A stretch of 64,000 bases of DNA, from the NCBI GenBank assembly GCA_964016885.1, contig OZ024745.1:74462001-74526000 (forward strand). Reading direction: 5' to 3'. This DNA comes from Eledone cirrhosa. Lineage: Eukaryota. The notes under the pieces are model-generated. The model was not told the origin of the DNA. It saw only the letters and a list, made by a program, of their open reading frames with translations, and searched no databases. Position numbers and translations under genes: made by a program. Positions 41,020 through 54,501 of the stretch are shown piece by piece (the stretch's first letter is position 1; each line of letters opens with the position of its first letter).

Positions 41020-41132
41020 GTTTCTATTTTTGGCACAAGGTCAGCAAATACCCAGTACATTACTGGTACTTTATTTTATCGACCCCGTAAGGATGAAAGG
41101 TAAAGTTAACCTCGGCAGGATTTGATATATAT

Positions 41133-41945
41133 AATGGCGGGTTGTGTGGTTGCAATTAAGTATAATGAAAATAAAAAGTTACGGGCGAAAGAGGGTATTA
41201 TCCATCATCAGCTGTCTCCTAGGAATCATCGATATTTCTTCGCGTTAGAGACAAGATATCTCAACCTAGTGCGATCAATAACTAAAATACGTTATTGGGA
41301 TAAAAAGGGGGAGAGAGAGAGAGAGAGAAAATACGTAGACACACGAAAAGTAAAGCAACGTAAAGAGAGGAAAAAATATCAAGTCAACAAACTTTTTTCG
41401 GACATAAGTCCTGGCAAGTGTGACGAGAGAGAACAGACACGTCTTGACTGTAGCAGTGTGAGGGAGAAAAGAGACTGCTTGCAGTGGCGGACGAGGGAGG
41501 AAGTGGGCTAGCGGAGAGAGGGTGACTAGCAGAGAGGGAGTAAGTGAAAGTAAGAGGAAGCGAGAAAGAGATAGTTATAGTGGCAGGCTAGCAGAGAGAA
41601 GGTAACTAGCAGAAGGGGTGAGTGAAAGTAAGAGGGAGAAAGAAAGAGAAGGGGGAGAGTTGATAGCAACAAGGGAGGAGAAAAGACGGGTCACAGCAGA
41701 TATGGAAAATTATATGAATTAAATGGCGGGCTGTGTGGTTGCATTTAAGTATAATGAAAATAAAAAAGTTACGGGGGAAAGAGGGTAGTATTCATCATCA
41801 GTTGTCTGCTAGGAATCACCGATATTTCTTCGCGTTAGAGACAAGATATCTCAACCTAGTGCGATCAATAACTAAAATAAGTTATTGGGATAAAAAGGGG
41901 GAGAAAATATGGTTTTTTTCTCTCTCTCTACCCTTTTTATCCCAA
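41133..41945. repeat. ~180-bp direct repeat (period 589) ending in a short fold-back
   Basis: aatggcggg..gggataaaaagggggaga at 41133 and 41722. ttgggataaaaaggg (41885) is inverted at 41931-41945. Confidence 0.8.
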
Positions 41946-42705
41946 AAAACATTTTTTAAATTATATATATATAATTTTTTAAAAAAAATGTATGTATTCT
42001 CTAAGTAGTTCGAACTGCTTAAAGATTACACGGAAAAACATTTTCTTAAATATTTAATATTTGATAAGATTGTTTACCAATCGAAACCAGTAATATTTAA
42101 TGCAAAAATTATAAAATTATCATCATTGTCGGATTAAAGAAAAAATAATCTTTAAATATACTTCTGTGCATTTCCACCTTCACTTTTTAACTATATGTAT
42201 ATCATCACCCTCATCATCACCGTTTCGACTCCTACCAACAGTACTGCCGATCCACCAGGGGTCACGGTGTCAAACATAAGCCAAACACAGTGGAGTAAAA
42301 TACTGGAGACAAAACATTAATTTATAGCAATTAAGCTACAAGTACACATAGAATTTTGTATGATGTCAGGGAAAAGGCGTAGTGCCTCTTATAGCACGAG
42401 AATCATTAATAAAACAAAGAAAAAGAAAGGACGAAAAAAAGCAAGAAGAAGAATGTAAGATGTTGTGTTAAAAAATATAAACCATTGCAATGAATAGGGG
42501 GAGAAGAGATAAAAACATTTGTCACATTAGTAGATAAGAAAATTAACAAAGAGAAGACAAGGCAAGGAACAGAAACAAAACAAAGGGAAAAACATATATA
42601 TACATATATATATATACACACATATATATATATCACACACACACGTACATAAGTATATATACATGTATATATATGTATATATTTATATATGTGTGTGCAT
42701 GTGTA

Positions 42706-42746
<41 letters not shown>

Positions 42747-42749
<3 letters not shown>

Positions 42750-43193
42750 GAAGTTATATTTAATTTGTTGGGATACAACAAGCAAATATTTTTATAACTG
42801 ATATAAAGCACTCAACAAATTTTTGGAGTAAAAATACAATATATTAATAAATAGAAACTATATTTATAAAACCATATTTATTTCATTATACATATTTCAA
42901 GGACACCAAAGCAAATTATGGTGCGCTTTCATCAGATAAAATATAATATAGATCAGTTTTATAAACAAATGTTGACATACCCTTAAAAGAATGCGACCAT
43001 GTCTGTTGGAAGCTCCGGGAGCTTCCAACAGACATGGTCGCATTCTTTTAAGGGTATGTCAACATTTGTTTATAAAACTGATCTATATTATATTTTATCT
43101 GATGAAAGCGCACCATAATTTGCTTTGGTGTCCTTGAAATATGTATAATGAAATAAATATGGTTTTATAAATATAGTTTCCATTTATTAATAT

Positions 43194-43200
<7 letters not shown>
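42747..43200. mobile_element. Fold-back palindromic HHR-bearing PLE-end element (183-bp arms, 1-nt spacer at 43017, 87-nt unpaired tail on the left)
   Basis: 42834-43016 is the reverse complement of 43018-43200, with one mismatch seen. Flanked by (TA)n on both sides and homologous to 61398-63232. Confidence 0.85.
43091..43155 (+). ncRNA. Type I hammerhead ribozyme motif (mirror copy at 42879-42943 on -)
   Basis: TATTTTAT-CTGATGA-AAG C GCACCA..TGGTGT C CTT-GAAA-TATGTA-TA-ATGAAATA. Predicted cleavage after 43147. Confidence 0.8.
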
Positions 43201-44113
<913 letters not shown>

Positions 44114-44368
44114 AAAGAATAGAGGTGTAACACACAAGTTATTATATATTGGTAAACGGAATAGAAAATGCTGACAAATTGTTCACAGTTGAAAAATGGT
44201 TTAATTAGGAATAAAAGAGTATTAGTGATTGTATGGGTTAGTATTCAGTTGTGGTTTTAAGTTTTTAAGTTTTTACCGGTTGCTCATTTCTAAATGCTTT
44301 TCAAAAATAATTTTGAGATAGAGTGTCCGTGCTGTTTGCTCTGATCTGATTAGTTTTGGGAATTCTAC

Positions 44369-44586
44369 CTGTTTTTATGTTAAAAAAGTGGCTCCAATTT
44401 GCAAAAATTCTTGTGGTCAAAACAATTTTGATTGGTCGGTAGAGGTCATGTGAATGTAAAAAATTGATTTTGCGCCAAGACTGTTTTTATGTTAAAAAAG
44501 TGGCTCCAGCAAAAATTCTTGTGGTCAAAACAATTTTGATTGGTCGGTAGAGGTCATGTGAATAAAAAATTGGTTTTGCGCCAAGA
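44369..44586. repeat. Tandem duplication, ~110-bp unit
   Basis: ctgtttttatgttaaaaaagtggctcca...ttttgcgccaaga occurs twice. Confidence 0.85.
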
Positions 44587-44611
44587 TTGAGAAATGACTC
44601 TTTCACAACAA

Positions 44612-44675
<64 letters not shown>

Positions 44676-45110
44676 TAGTAGTAGTAAGGTGTTCGATGTT
44701 GTGATAATGGTTAGCAGCGATGTGTGTCAAATGGCTATTAAGATAAGTGTGTGTGTGTATAGCAGAGTAATTCGTGGTGGCAGGGATGGTCAGTAAGAAT
44801 GTGTCTGAAAGCAATGGGGGGTATCTTAGCATGTCAAAAGATATTTTTCAGCTTTTGTCTTATACGGAGAAGTGCGTGTGTGTGTGTTTGTGTATATATA
44901 AGTCTCTTTGTATGTTGATGTACGCGTGTGTATGTGTGTGTGTATATGTGTGTGTGTGGGGGGGGGGGACCAGTATTTTTTCCCCCTGGTAAAATGGTGT
45001 ACATTATTCGATTTTTTCAGTAAAATCGGTTCTCTTAATAGAACATCAAAAATCTTAACAATAAAAGGTGTGAAATGATATTCACTATATATATATACAC
45101 ATACATATAT

Positions 45111-45170
<60 letters not shown>

Positions 45171-45310
45171 TACATATATATATGCACATATATTTTTTTG
45201 TGTTGCACCATAGAGCATGTGTGTTTACGTATGTCATTGTGTTTATATGTGGGTAGAGATGTGTGCTGATGTAGGTATGTATGTTGACGTGTGTATGTTG
45301 TGGGTTCGTC

Positions 45311-47604
45311 TTAGGGAGAAGTGTTTAGACGGGGTCCGTATTTGTTAATGAAGTAAGATTCCTTGCTGATGCGCTGGGTGTGGGTGGCATTATCTTTAAA
45401 TTTGTAGAGGGGAAAGATTCTGAAGTTGGGATGATTTGGGGCGGCACAGGTATCAATGTGTTCACTCAGTGGTATTTTCCTGTATTCCCGTATTTTGATT
45501 TGGGATCTATGGACAGTCATGCGTTGGCGGAGGCTGTTTTTGGTCTGGCCTATGTATTGTTCTCGACAACCTGAACAAGTTAATACATATATTAGATTTT
45601 CCGATGCACATGTGAAATTGTGTTTTACTATAAAACGTTGTCTATCTTTGAAATAGAATTCCGAACCCTCTATTAGGTTGATGCAAATGCCACAGTTGGG
45701 TCTATCGCATTTTTTTACTGTGGGTTTCGTTGTTGTGGTTGGCAGTACTTTGGCATGTGTTAAGATGTTTTTCATTGACTTGGATTGTCTTTTGCTCTTT
45801 ATGATATCATGTGTTCGTAGAATTTGGTTCATTCTATGGTCCTTTTTCAATACAGGGATGTTCTGGAGGATGGTGTCAAAGGCCTCATTGTTGAGGGGGT
45901 TGTGTGTGGAGATGTATGGAAGAGCTTTTAGTTTTGGTTGATTTACTTTAGGGTGTCTAAGGTCCTGGGTACTGAGTTTTAGGGCACGTTGGATTCCATT
46001 GTCAATTAGTGATGCAGGGTAGTCCCTGCCTATGAGTGTGTCCTTTAGTTCTTGTAGCCGTAAGTAGCAGATGTTTTTATTGGAGACTATAGTACAGATT
46101 CTCTTGGCTAAGTTGTAGGGAATATTAATTTTAACGTGTCTAGGGTGGCAAGAGTTGAAGGGGACATATTGCTTGGAGTCTGTGGGCTTGTAGTATATGT
46201 CTGTTTCTATTTTTTTGTTATGGATCTTAATGAGGATGTCGAGGAAGGGGAGTTGTTGATGGCTGTATTCCATCGTGAAGTTAATATTTGTTTTTGAGCC
46301 CATTTATAAGGGTGTGAAATTCTTTAAGTTTTTCGATGTTTTCGTGCCAAAGGATGAAGCAGTCATCTAGATATCGCTTCCAGTTCCTTTCAATGTGTAA
46401 GTGGAGGGTGTTTCCAAATTTGTTTAGGACTTTAGTGTAGAGGGTGATTTCCAGGTATCCCATGACTAGGTTGGCATAAGTGGGGGCTGTTTTCGTTCCC
46501 ATAGCGGTCCCAGATTTCTGCCTGTAGGGTTTGTTATTGAAAACGAAGTAATTGTTCTCCAAGATAAATTTGAGTCCCTCTATCACGAATTCTTTTTTGA
46601 TGCGTTGTGGGAGTTCATTGTGGAAATTGTCCAGCCAGAATTGGATAGCTTCTATTCCTAGGTTATGGGGGATGTTGGAGTATAGGTTGACTACATCGAA
46701 CGTCACTAGTAGGGTTTGTTCAGAAAGTGGCATATTAGGGCGGTGATTGAGCATATCTAGGTCGTCCCTTATATAGCTTTTGATGTGTTTGAGAAAGAGT
46801 TTGAGAAGGGTTTCAATGAAGTTGCTAAGGCGGTGGGTTTCGCAAGCGGGGCCTGCTATTATAGGTCTTAATTTGAGATCATTGGGTGAGGGGACATTGA
46901 TGACTATGTCTGTGGCTTCCTTGCATGCCTTACTTATTGATTCGCTTTTATGTACTTTAGGGATACCGTAGAAAAGGCTGGATTTACTTGTGAAGTCTGT
47001 GATGAAGCTGAATTCCTTGTTAGTGAGTCCTTCTTTGTATTGGTTGATTAGAGTTTTTAGGTTTCTCATAATTTTCTGTTGATTGTAGTGTTCAGCCTTT
47101 TCGTAGTATGTTTCGTTTTCCAAAGTGGAGAGCGCTAAGTTGATATAGAATTCTGTCTCCATTAGGACTACTGTACTCCCTTTATCAGCCTCTTTAATTG
47201 TAATGGTTCTGTCGGTTTTTAATCTATTTAATTCTTCCCATTCTTTCTTGTTGAGGTTTGGCTTGTGTTTTTGTCTGTGCAAGTGTTGGTAAGGGAAGTT
47301 TGTGATGTGTTCACAGAATTCGTCCAGGATTTTATTTCTACCTTTTGAAGGGGTGTAATTGCTTCTATTTCTGGCTAATGATTCATCCTCATTGTACTGG
47401 TCGAATAGTTGTTCACTAAGTCGTAACTTTCTACAGAAGTCTGTGATGTCTTCCTTCATTTCATAGTAGTTAGGACGTAGTGGGGTCGGTGTGAATTTAA
47501 GACCTTTGGAGAGTAAGTTGATAAGGTTGGGTGTTGGTTCTGCACTAGTAAGATTGATAATTTTTATTACTATCGGTTTCTCCTCCCTGTCTTGTGTTAT
47601 TTTG

Positions 47605-47606
<2 letters not shown>
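45311..47606 (-). mobile_element. Penelope-like retroelement ORF (reverse transcriptase + GIY-YIG endonuclease, Neptune-like Cys linker) with one +1 frameshift
   Basis: N-terminal INLT..LLSKGLKFTPTP (frame open upstream of the track ORF to ~47606). RT motifs KEADKG, FYGIPKVHK, LRPII, FDVVNLYSNIP, GTAMGTKTAPTYANL and WKRYLDD. Linker CDRPNCGIC..FTCASEN. Endonuclease LIYVLTCSGCREQYIGQT..RMTVH..EH..KESYFI..LN. Removing one T from the T5 run at 46291-46295 fuses the 392-aa and 330-aa ORFs. Confidence 0.95.
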
Positions 47607-47683
<77 letters not shown>

Positions 47684-47692
47684 ATATATAAT

Positions 47693-48563
47693 ATAAGATC
47701 AAAAGATGGTTGAAACAGTTCCAAGTATTTTATTATGCGCATTTCAAAAACAAATATCATCATGGGATGATATCTGCGTTCTCATCAGAGAAAATAGGGA
47801 GACATGATATGAAGCTTAAAAAACACTTGTGAGCAGTGAAGTTTTAAATCAACATATGAAAAATAAAGTAAGATGGATATATGAGATTGGGGCAAATGAG
47901 AGGGGGGGGGGGGGACAGGAAAAGGTAAGGAAGATGAAGAAAGAAAATAAAGGATGGTGGGGGAGGAGTATAAGAAGGAAGGATGAGAGAGGAGGAGAAA
48001 TGAGTGATAGAGAGAGAGAAATAGCCTTTACAACTGAGAAAACATTGTCTCACAGAGAGAAATTAAAAAACCGTTGGAAGATAATAGATAATTTAAAAAG
48101 ATTTTGAAATTAAAAGTTAATGAGGTTTATGGATGTTGATGTTTATGTTTGAAGAAAAAGGAATTAAGAATAGTATTAATTTAAGGTTTTTATATTGAAG
48201 GATTTAATAATATGTGCGAAAAAAAAGAATTTATTAATATGTATTATTAAAATAAAAATATTAAATATATTAAGGATATAATGTGAAAGAAGGAGAAGAA
48301 TAAATGAATTATGAACTTAGAGGAATTAGTTAGGGTTTAAGTTTGTTTTTATGTATTGTAATATGTAAAAGTAAATAATAGGTTTAAAACGAGCACAGAA
48401 GGAGAGAAGAAAAAACAAAATTTAAGGAAGAAAAAATATCTAACGTCAAAAAGTGTATATGTTTACAAAAATGTTCTAATGGTAATATTATTATATATTA
48501 AAAAATATAGTTTTAATGGCCAATAATATGAGGAAAAATGGAAAAATGGATAATGCTGTAGTG
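47693..48563 (-). mobile_element. Probable PLE pseudo-LTR / non-coding terminal region with a hammerhead, bounded by (TA)n
   Basis: Lies directly upstream of the PLE ORF on the same strand. HHR near its 3' end, purine/pyrimidine-skewed body, TA tracts on both sides. Confidence 0.55.
47726..47796 (-). ncRNA. Type I hammerhead ribozyme motif
   Basis: Minus strand reads TATTTTCT-CTGATGA-(long stem II GCAGATATCAT/ATGATATTTGT)-GAAA-TGCGCA-TA-ATAAAATA. Palindromic stem III, one mismatch in stem I. Confidence 0.75.
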
Positions 48564-49999
48564 ATATATATATATATATATATAAACAAATGAGGTCGTG
48601 TAGGTGTCACGACAAAAAAAACACACAGTCCACGCTGTAATGCAGCCGTGTAGGTAACACGGTAAAAACCTCCCAGTTCCACACTGTAAATGTGGTTGGT
48701 GTTAGGAAGGGCATCCAGCCGTAGAAAACCCGCCAGACAGTCCTATGCGAACAAGACAACCACTCTTGCCTCAAGTGGGAAAACTCCCGTCCAAACCCAT
48801 GCAAGCGTGGAATATGGACGTTAAACGATGATGATGATGATGATATATATATATATATATACTTTGTTTTTCAATTTGTTTTGCAAGATTTCTTATCTAA
48901 AAATGTGTGTTGATACAGATATTGTTATACTTTGGGAGGGTCATACTGCTGTTGGTTTTCACATCAATTTATAACAAATTTCTAGTTGGTTGGTTCAATA
49001 ACCAGATGGTTGTTTATATATTGTCCAAGCTCTTTCGACATACATTCTATGACCTCCTCAATGACTGATTTGTTAATTTGTTAAATTGAAGTGAAAACCA
49101 ACAGGTGCGTGTGTTCTTATTGGCATTGGATGAACAGGACTTTTACAGCCAGATGCCCTACATGATGCCAAACCTTTTAGTTGCTGAGCAGGAGTATGGT
49201 CTATCTATTCTAAAACCATACATATTAAACTCTGCACACTTCTTTGCAAGTATATACTAATGTTTTGTTTGTTTTGTTTTTCATACAGACCTACAAATAT
49301 ACACATAAAAAATATATAACATTCCAGGCTTATAAATGTCAATGTTTAGTTCCCAATTTTGTAGCATTAAGCAGATAAGAGAGAAAACAATTGTACAGGA
49401 TGTCAGTTAATCAATTTATATTATAAGAAAAATTGGTGCCTATTCTTTACAGTTAAGTGTATATTTTGTATAATGGATACAGAGGGGAAAATGACCTAGC
49501 ACTCTACTGCCAAGTTTCTCATAGGAGGCAGTGGCTTTGAGGATTGAAAAGAGGTGGACAAATTGCTAGGTTTGATAAAATAAAAATGTTTTTTTATAAC
49601 CATCAATCTGTTATAGTATGTTGTATTGTGTAACTCTGTTTTATCTTCTCATTAATAAACAGGATGGGTATTTCAGTATTATGAGAGGGTGGGGTTTTTT
49701 CAGTTTGAGAACCGCTGCTCTAATAATGTATATAAAAATTTCTCTATACTATGACATTGGTTTCAGATTATTTTAAAATTCAATCAATCCCAATTTGATT
49801 TAGTATTGGAAAAGTTATACATACTAACCCAAGATGTTTAATAACAGGAATAATCAATAAAACTTTCTAGTCTTGTATTTTTATAATCCTATTTCCATAA
49901 TATCCATACATAGAATATATCTTTTTCTGATTTTACATACAAAAATTTTGAAATGCTCAATGCATGTTCATGTCTAATGCATGTTTAATGTGTAAAATT

Positions 50000-51480
50000 T
50001 AGCATCTTCTTTAGTTCTTTTTGTTGCATCAGGCCATGGGCCTGCTCCCACACCAGTTCCATGTCTGTTAGTTTATCCTCCAAAAGACTTCAACCAGGTT
50101 TTGATGTGTCTGCTTTGCTTCCACCGCTGCCCATTCTAGGAAGTTCTTCACTAGGCTCTTGTATACATGTGTGCAATGATGATATCCCATAGATTGAAGA
50201 CTTCTTCATGACCTTGTCATTTGTTATGTAATGTGCCATCCTAAGTATAGTCCTAAGGGAACGTCTATAGAAGACATCTGCAGTTCAGCAAATTCTATAA
50301 GTCTTTTTAGATGTCTCGTAAACATAAATCACTGTTGGTGCAATGATTAATGTACATAGGTAGAGTTTCATGCCTTGGCTGATGGAGGAGTTAGACCATA
50401 ATACAGGCTGCAGCTTTACTGAGTCTCAGTTCTTGAATTGCCATCTTTAGCAAGGATACCACCCAGACATGTGAAGATTCAACAGTCTGCAGAGTCTGGC
50501 TCTTCAACTTTTAAAAGTTTTTAAAAGTTTCCAATTTAAATTAAAATTTTCCAACATAATTTTATATAAGAACCTTACATTAAGTTACTATATTGGTAAT
50601 GAAATAGTGAATAATTTTACTAAATCCCTCAAAATTCTTCATTAATTAATTGAAATAGAGTGTATTTCATTAAAAATGTGGTCATGAAAGGGTTAAAGAT
50701 CTTTTGAACAATCTCAAGGAATCTGGTTGAAGTTTCCACCTGCTTCGAAATCTCAGTTATGTAGGGCCACATAGGCTTTAGCTTCAAATAAATCCCTCCA
50801 ACTATCGGATTCTGGTTTGAGCCAGCATCTACCTTGCAAGATGCAGTTGATTTCATTTCTAATGTTAACCACATGGTAATGTCCATGTAATTGTTTGGAT
50901 ACATTTGTAAACAAAGAACATATTACTGACACTGAGCCCACAGTGGTTACTCAGCACCATCAGCATCTTTTCATTGTTGTTTATGTTGTTGGCTGAAACA
51001 TGAGGCCTCACTACAGAAAGTAACCCATGCCTGTCACTGTCTATTGAGCATTGAACTTACCCATTACCAGCTTTATGCCATATTAGAGAATACTGTCCAG
51101 GATATTCAGCAGGTGGTTATAGAATGCCTCCTTATCTTCGTTTTTTGCAGCCTCTGTTGGAACATAGATTTGTCCAACTATTACCTTCACATGTCTGGTA
51201 TTGGACCCCACTGTCATTCACTGGCCACCATTGACTTGAAAGGTTGGTATCATCTTGATACCAACCCATCAAGTATATTTTTCCTGACCAGAGTATATGA
51301 ATGCTTTGTCTCGACTTGTGATGCATCCATGGCTTTTCCAATGTGTCTATGGGGTAAGTGACCATCTATCATGTCATTTGTTCCAGCCATCTGCTTTGGA
51401 ACAGTGTTCAAACATGACCACACTTGTAGTGTTCTTGTCAGGAGCCTAGCATCCTTTCTGTTCTGGTCTAACTCTGGTCT
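50000..51480 (-). pseudogene. Old degenerate LINE (RTE-like) relic interrupted by a MITE
   Basis: Higher-GC, frame-broken region that reads as RT-like by eye. No long ORF. Confidence 0.4.
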
Positions 51481-52133
51481 AACCCCTTCATAGCTGCATC
51501 AGTAGATGTGCCATCTCCTTATTGCAGGTCCTATCCCTCCTCCTCCTTTCTCAACTCAGGCTGAAAAACTAACCTAATATTTTGAAATCAAAGATGGGGG
51601 TTTCTAAATGTGGTCCCTTCCCAGATTTTATCAGCCAGAGCCAGCTGATACTAGGATTTTTCTTAATTTCATGTCACAAGATTATATTAAACATTTTGAA
51701 TTCTAGCAAATCTTTATTGCTGACATTACTTTTAATTTTTGATGAAGTCCAAAGGAAATAACTAAACAAAATATCAAATTATTTTGAATATCATTAATCG
51801 ATTTTTAGCAGGAACTTTATGCTGATTTTCCATGTCATTTAAGTAACTGTTGCAAGTATACTGTTTTTTTTCCAGTATAATTATTTTAATCAGTCATAAT
51901 AATAAAACACATGCATCAAGTGACAAGCACTTTGTACTAGATTTTTTGGGAAGTGGTAATTTGATATCTTCCTCCCTCCCTCTTTTTCATACTGTTGCTA
52001 AGATGGACAGGGTAAATTGCAATTATCTATAGCTATATACCTTTCTTCAGACAATAATAACAACAACATCTATCTATCTTCTACCCACTTATCTACCCAC
52101 CTATCTGTCTATCTATGAGTCTGTTTATTTAAC

Positions 52134-52207
<74 letters not shown>

Positions 52208-52433
52208 AGACACATGCTGCTGGTGGGAACAGCAGTTTATATTTTTTCTAAATGCATCTACCCCCTTTTGGCCTAAATACACTGCCATTCCTCCTCTAAT
52301 CTGCTCTCCCCACTACATCTGGTACCCTCCCTCATCCACGTGCACACCAACATGGATACAACATTGCTGCACCACACAGAAATACTCATACACACTTAGA
52401 TACATTACACATACAACAACAAAAACTTATTAA

Positions 52434-52656
52434 CCCTTTAGCATTCACATTACTCTATATATATATACTATTATATTGTCATGGTAAAGGCTTTACCTCG
52501 CATAATTATCTCACATAATATCGAATCTATGAGATTTTGAAAGTATTTATTTTGAAAACAATACCTTAACATCAGTATGATGGCCAGTTACAGCCAGTTT
52601 CAACAGAAAGAAGTAGAGAATTCTGGCCAGTTTTGGCCGGTTTGAACATTAAAGAG
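52434..52656. mobile_element. piggyBac-type MITE, same family
   Basis: TTAA-CCCTTTAGCATT...AAAGAG-TTAA. Confidence 0.75.
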
Positions 52657-54105
52657 TTAATAAACAAACACTTAGAAACACACACGTAAACACACACACA
52701 TCAGCACACATGCATTTCTCACTTAATGTTGTATAGTGTAGTTGCTATGATAATTTAACTGCTTTTTATTGTTTATTTCAACTTCAGCTATTCCTCCTTT
52801 TGAAACTGCATGGCCTAATGGATAGGATCTTGGACCTACAATTATAATATCATTGGTTCAGTTCCTGTACAGGGTACTGCATTGTGTTCTTGAGCAAAAC
52901 ACTTTATTTTACATTGCTCCAGTACACTCAGCGGAGAATGAGTACCAGCAGTAGGTGGAGAGTTAATTCTGCAATAGAGAAGGGTTCTGCCAGGTTTAAA
53001 GGGCCCAAGACATGTCACATGTCATGACAGCACCCCTGTGATTCCATCAGGAGTTATAGATCCAGACATACATACCATACATATATACATACATACCATA
53101 CATACATGCATACATACCATACATACATATATCCATGCATCCATCCATACATACATCCATACATACATACCATAAAATATATTTTACAAACAAAAGTTAT
53201 ACAATGATGGACATTATCTAAAAAAGGATAAAAACAAAATTAAATAATGAATAAAAGGGGAGCAGGGGTAAAGAATGGCATATCTGACTGTGTAGGGAAG
53301 TAAAGTAAAGGACTATAAATACCATAAATGAGAAGAAAAGGAGCAAAAAAGCAAGGACTATTAGGCCAGGAAGAAACTTTTCTAATGTTTTAGCAGAAAA
53401 ATATCTAAAGATACATTTGCTAATTCAAATGTTTATAGTATCTTTACTAATGCACAGATCATTGAAAGAATTTGCAATATTAAAGTAAATACTTCATTTT
53501 TTAATGTGATACAGTCATTGTGCAGTTTTGTACATTTGAAGAATGTGGTTTCATGCAATACAGGACACCAAGACTTCTCAAGCTTATCACCATTTTTGCT
53601 GGGTTTCAAAGGAGCTGCTTTCTTTTTTCTGGTGACAGGAGGCAGGTTTGAACTCATAATGCACAGAGCCAAAATAGCTACTACAAGGTACCTCGTCCAA
53701 TACTCTAAGATTCTGCTAACCTGTTGCCTTGGACTGGCATTTAATTTATCATACCTGAAAGGACAAAAAGGTAAAGTTGACCTACAAAGGATTAGGAATC
53801 ACATCACAGAAAGCTGCAAGGACAAAAAAAAAAATCAATAAATAAAAGAAATCAATATTAATCAATGACCAATATTACTTTCATTTTCTTACAAATATGG
53901 GAGACAACTTCAGATATGTTTCAGTATTAACCAAACCTCATATAATATTGATTATGTATATAACAAATATTTGCAGGAATATTATGCTGCAACAGAGACT
54001 AGTGGTGATGGCAGTATAAAATCAAAGCTGGCATGGATCTCCGGTAAAAGATGAAGTGTTTTGTACAGCTTTACAAACTGAAAACCTTTATTTTGTCTTG
54101 TTGTA

Positions 54106-54501
54106 CACTCAGGTCTTGAATAATTGCCCCACCCTTGCTTATTAATTTTTCAGATTTTTCCAACCTCCTGCTCTTATTTCACCCCTAACCACTGCCTATT
54201 AAATTTTGCTAATCTACCTCAGGCAAAATTTTATTTTAAGTAGTAGCATTCCTGCAACAATTCATTTTCTTTATACATTAAAAAACATTATACATGACAA
54301 AAAAAAGTACATTACTAGAAATCCCATACATTATAAAATAAATAAGATGGGCTGGGGTTTCAATATGTAAACTAAATGACTAATTCTGGTTTTCAAAAAA
54401 ATCAACAGGGACAACCTAGAAAAATTACCGATTTTCCAACTCCCCCGATTATTCCAACTCCTCCACTTATTCCCCAACCCCTATTATTTGGGACCCTAGA
54501 G
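54106..54501. mobile_element. Tc1/mariner-type MITE with TA flanks (fragment also at ~5388-5440)
   Basis: Imperfect TIRs ta-cactcaggtcttgaataat / attatttgggaccctagag-ta. Confidence 0.45.
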
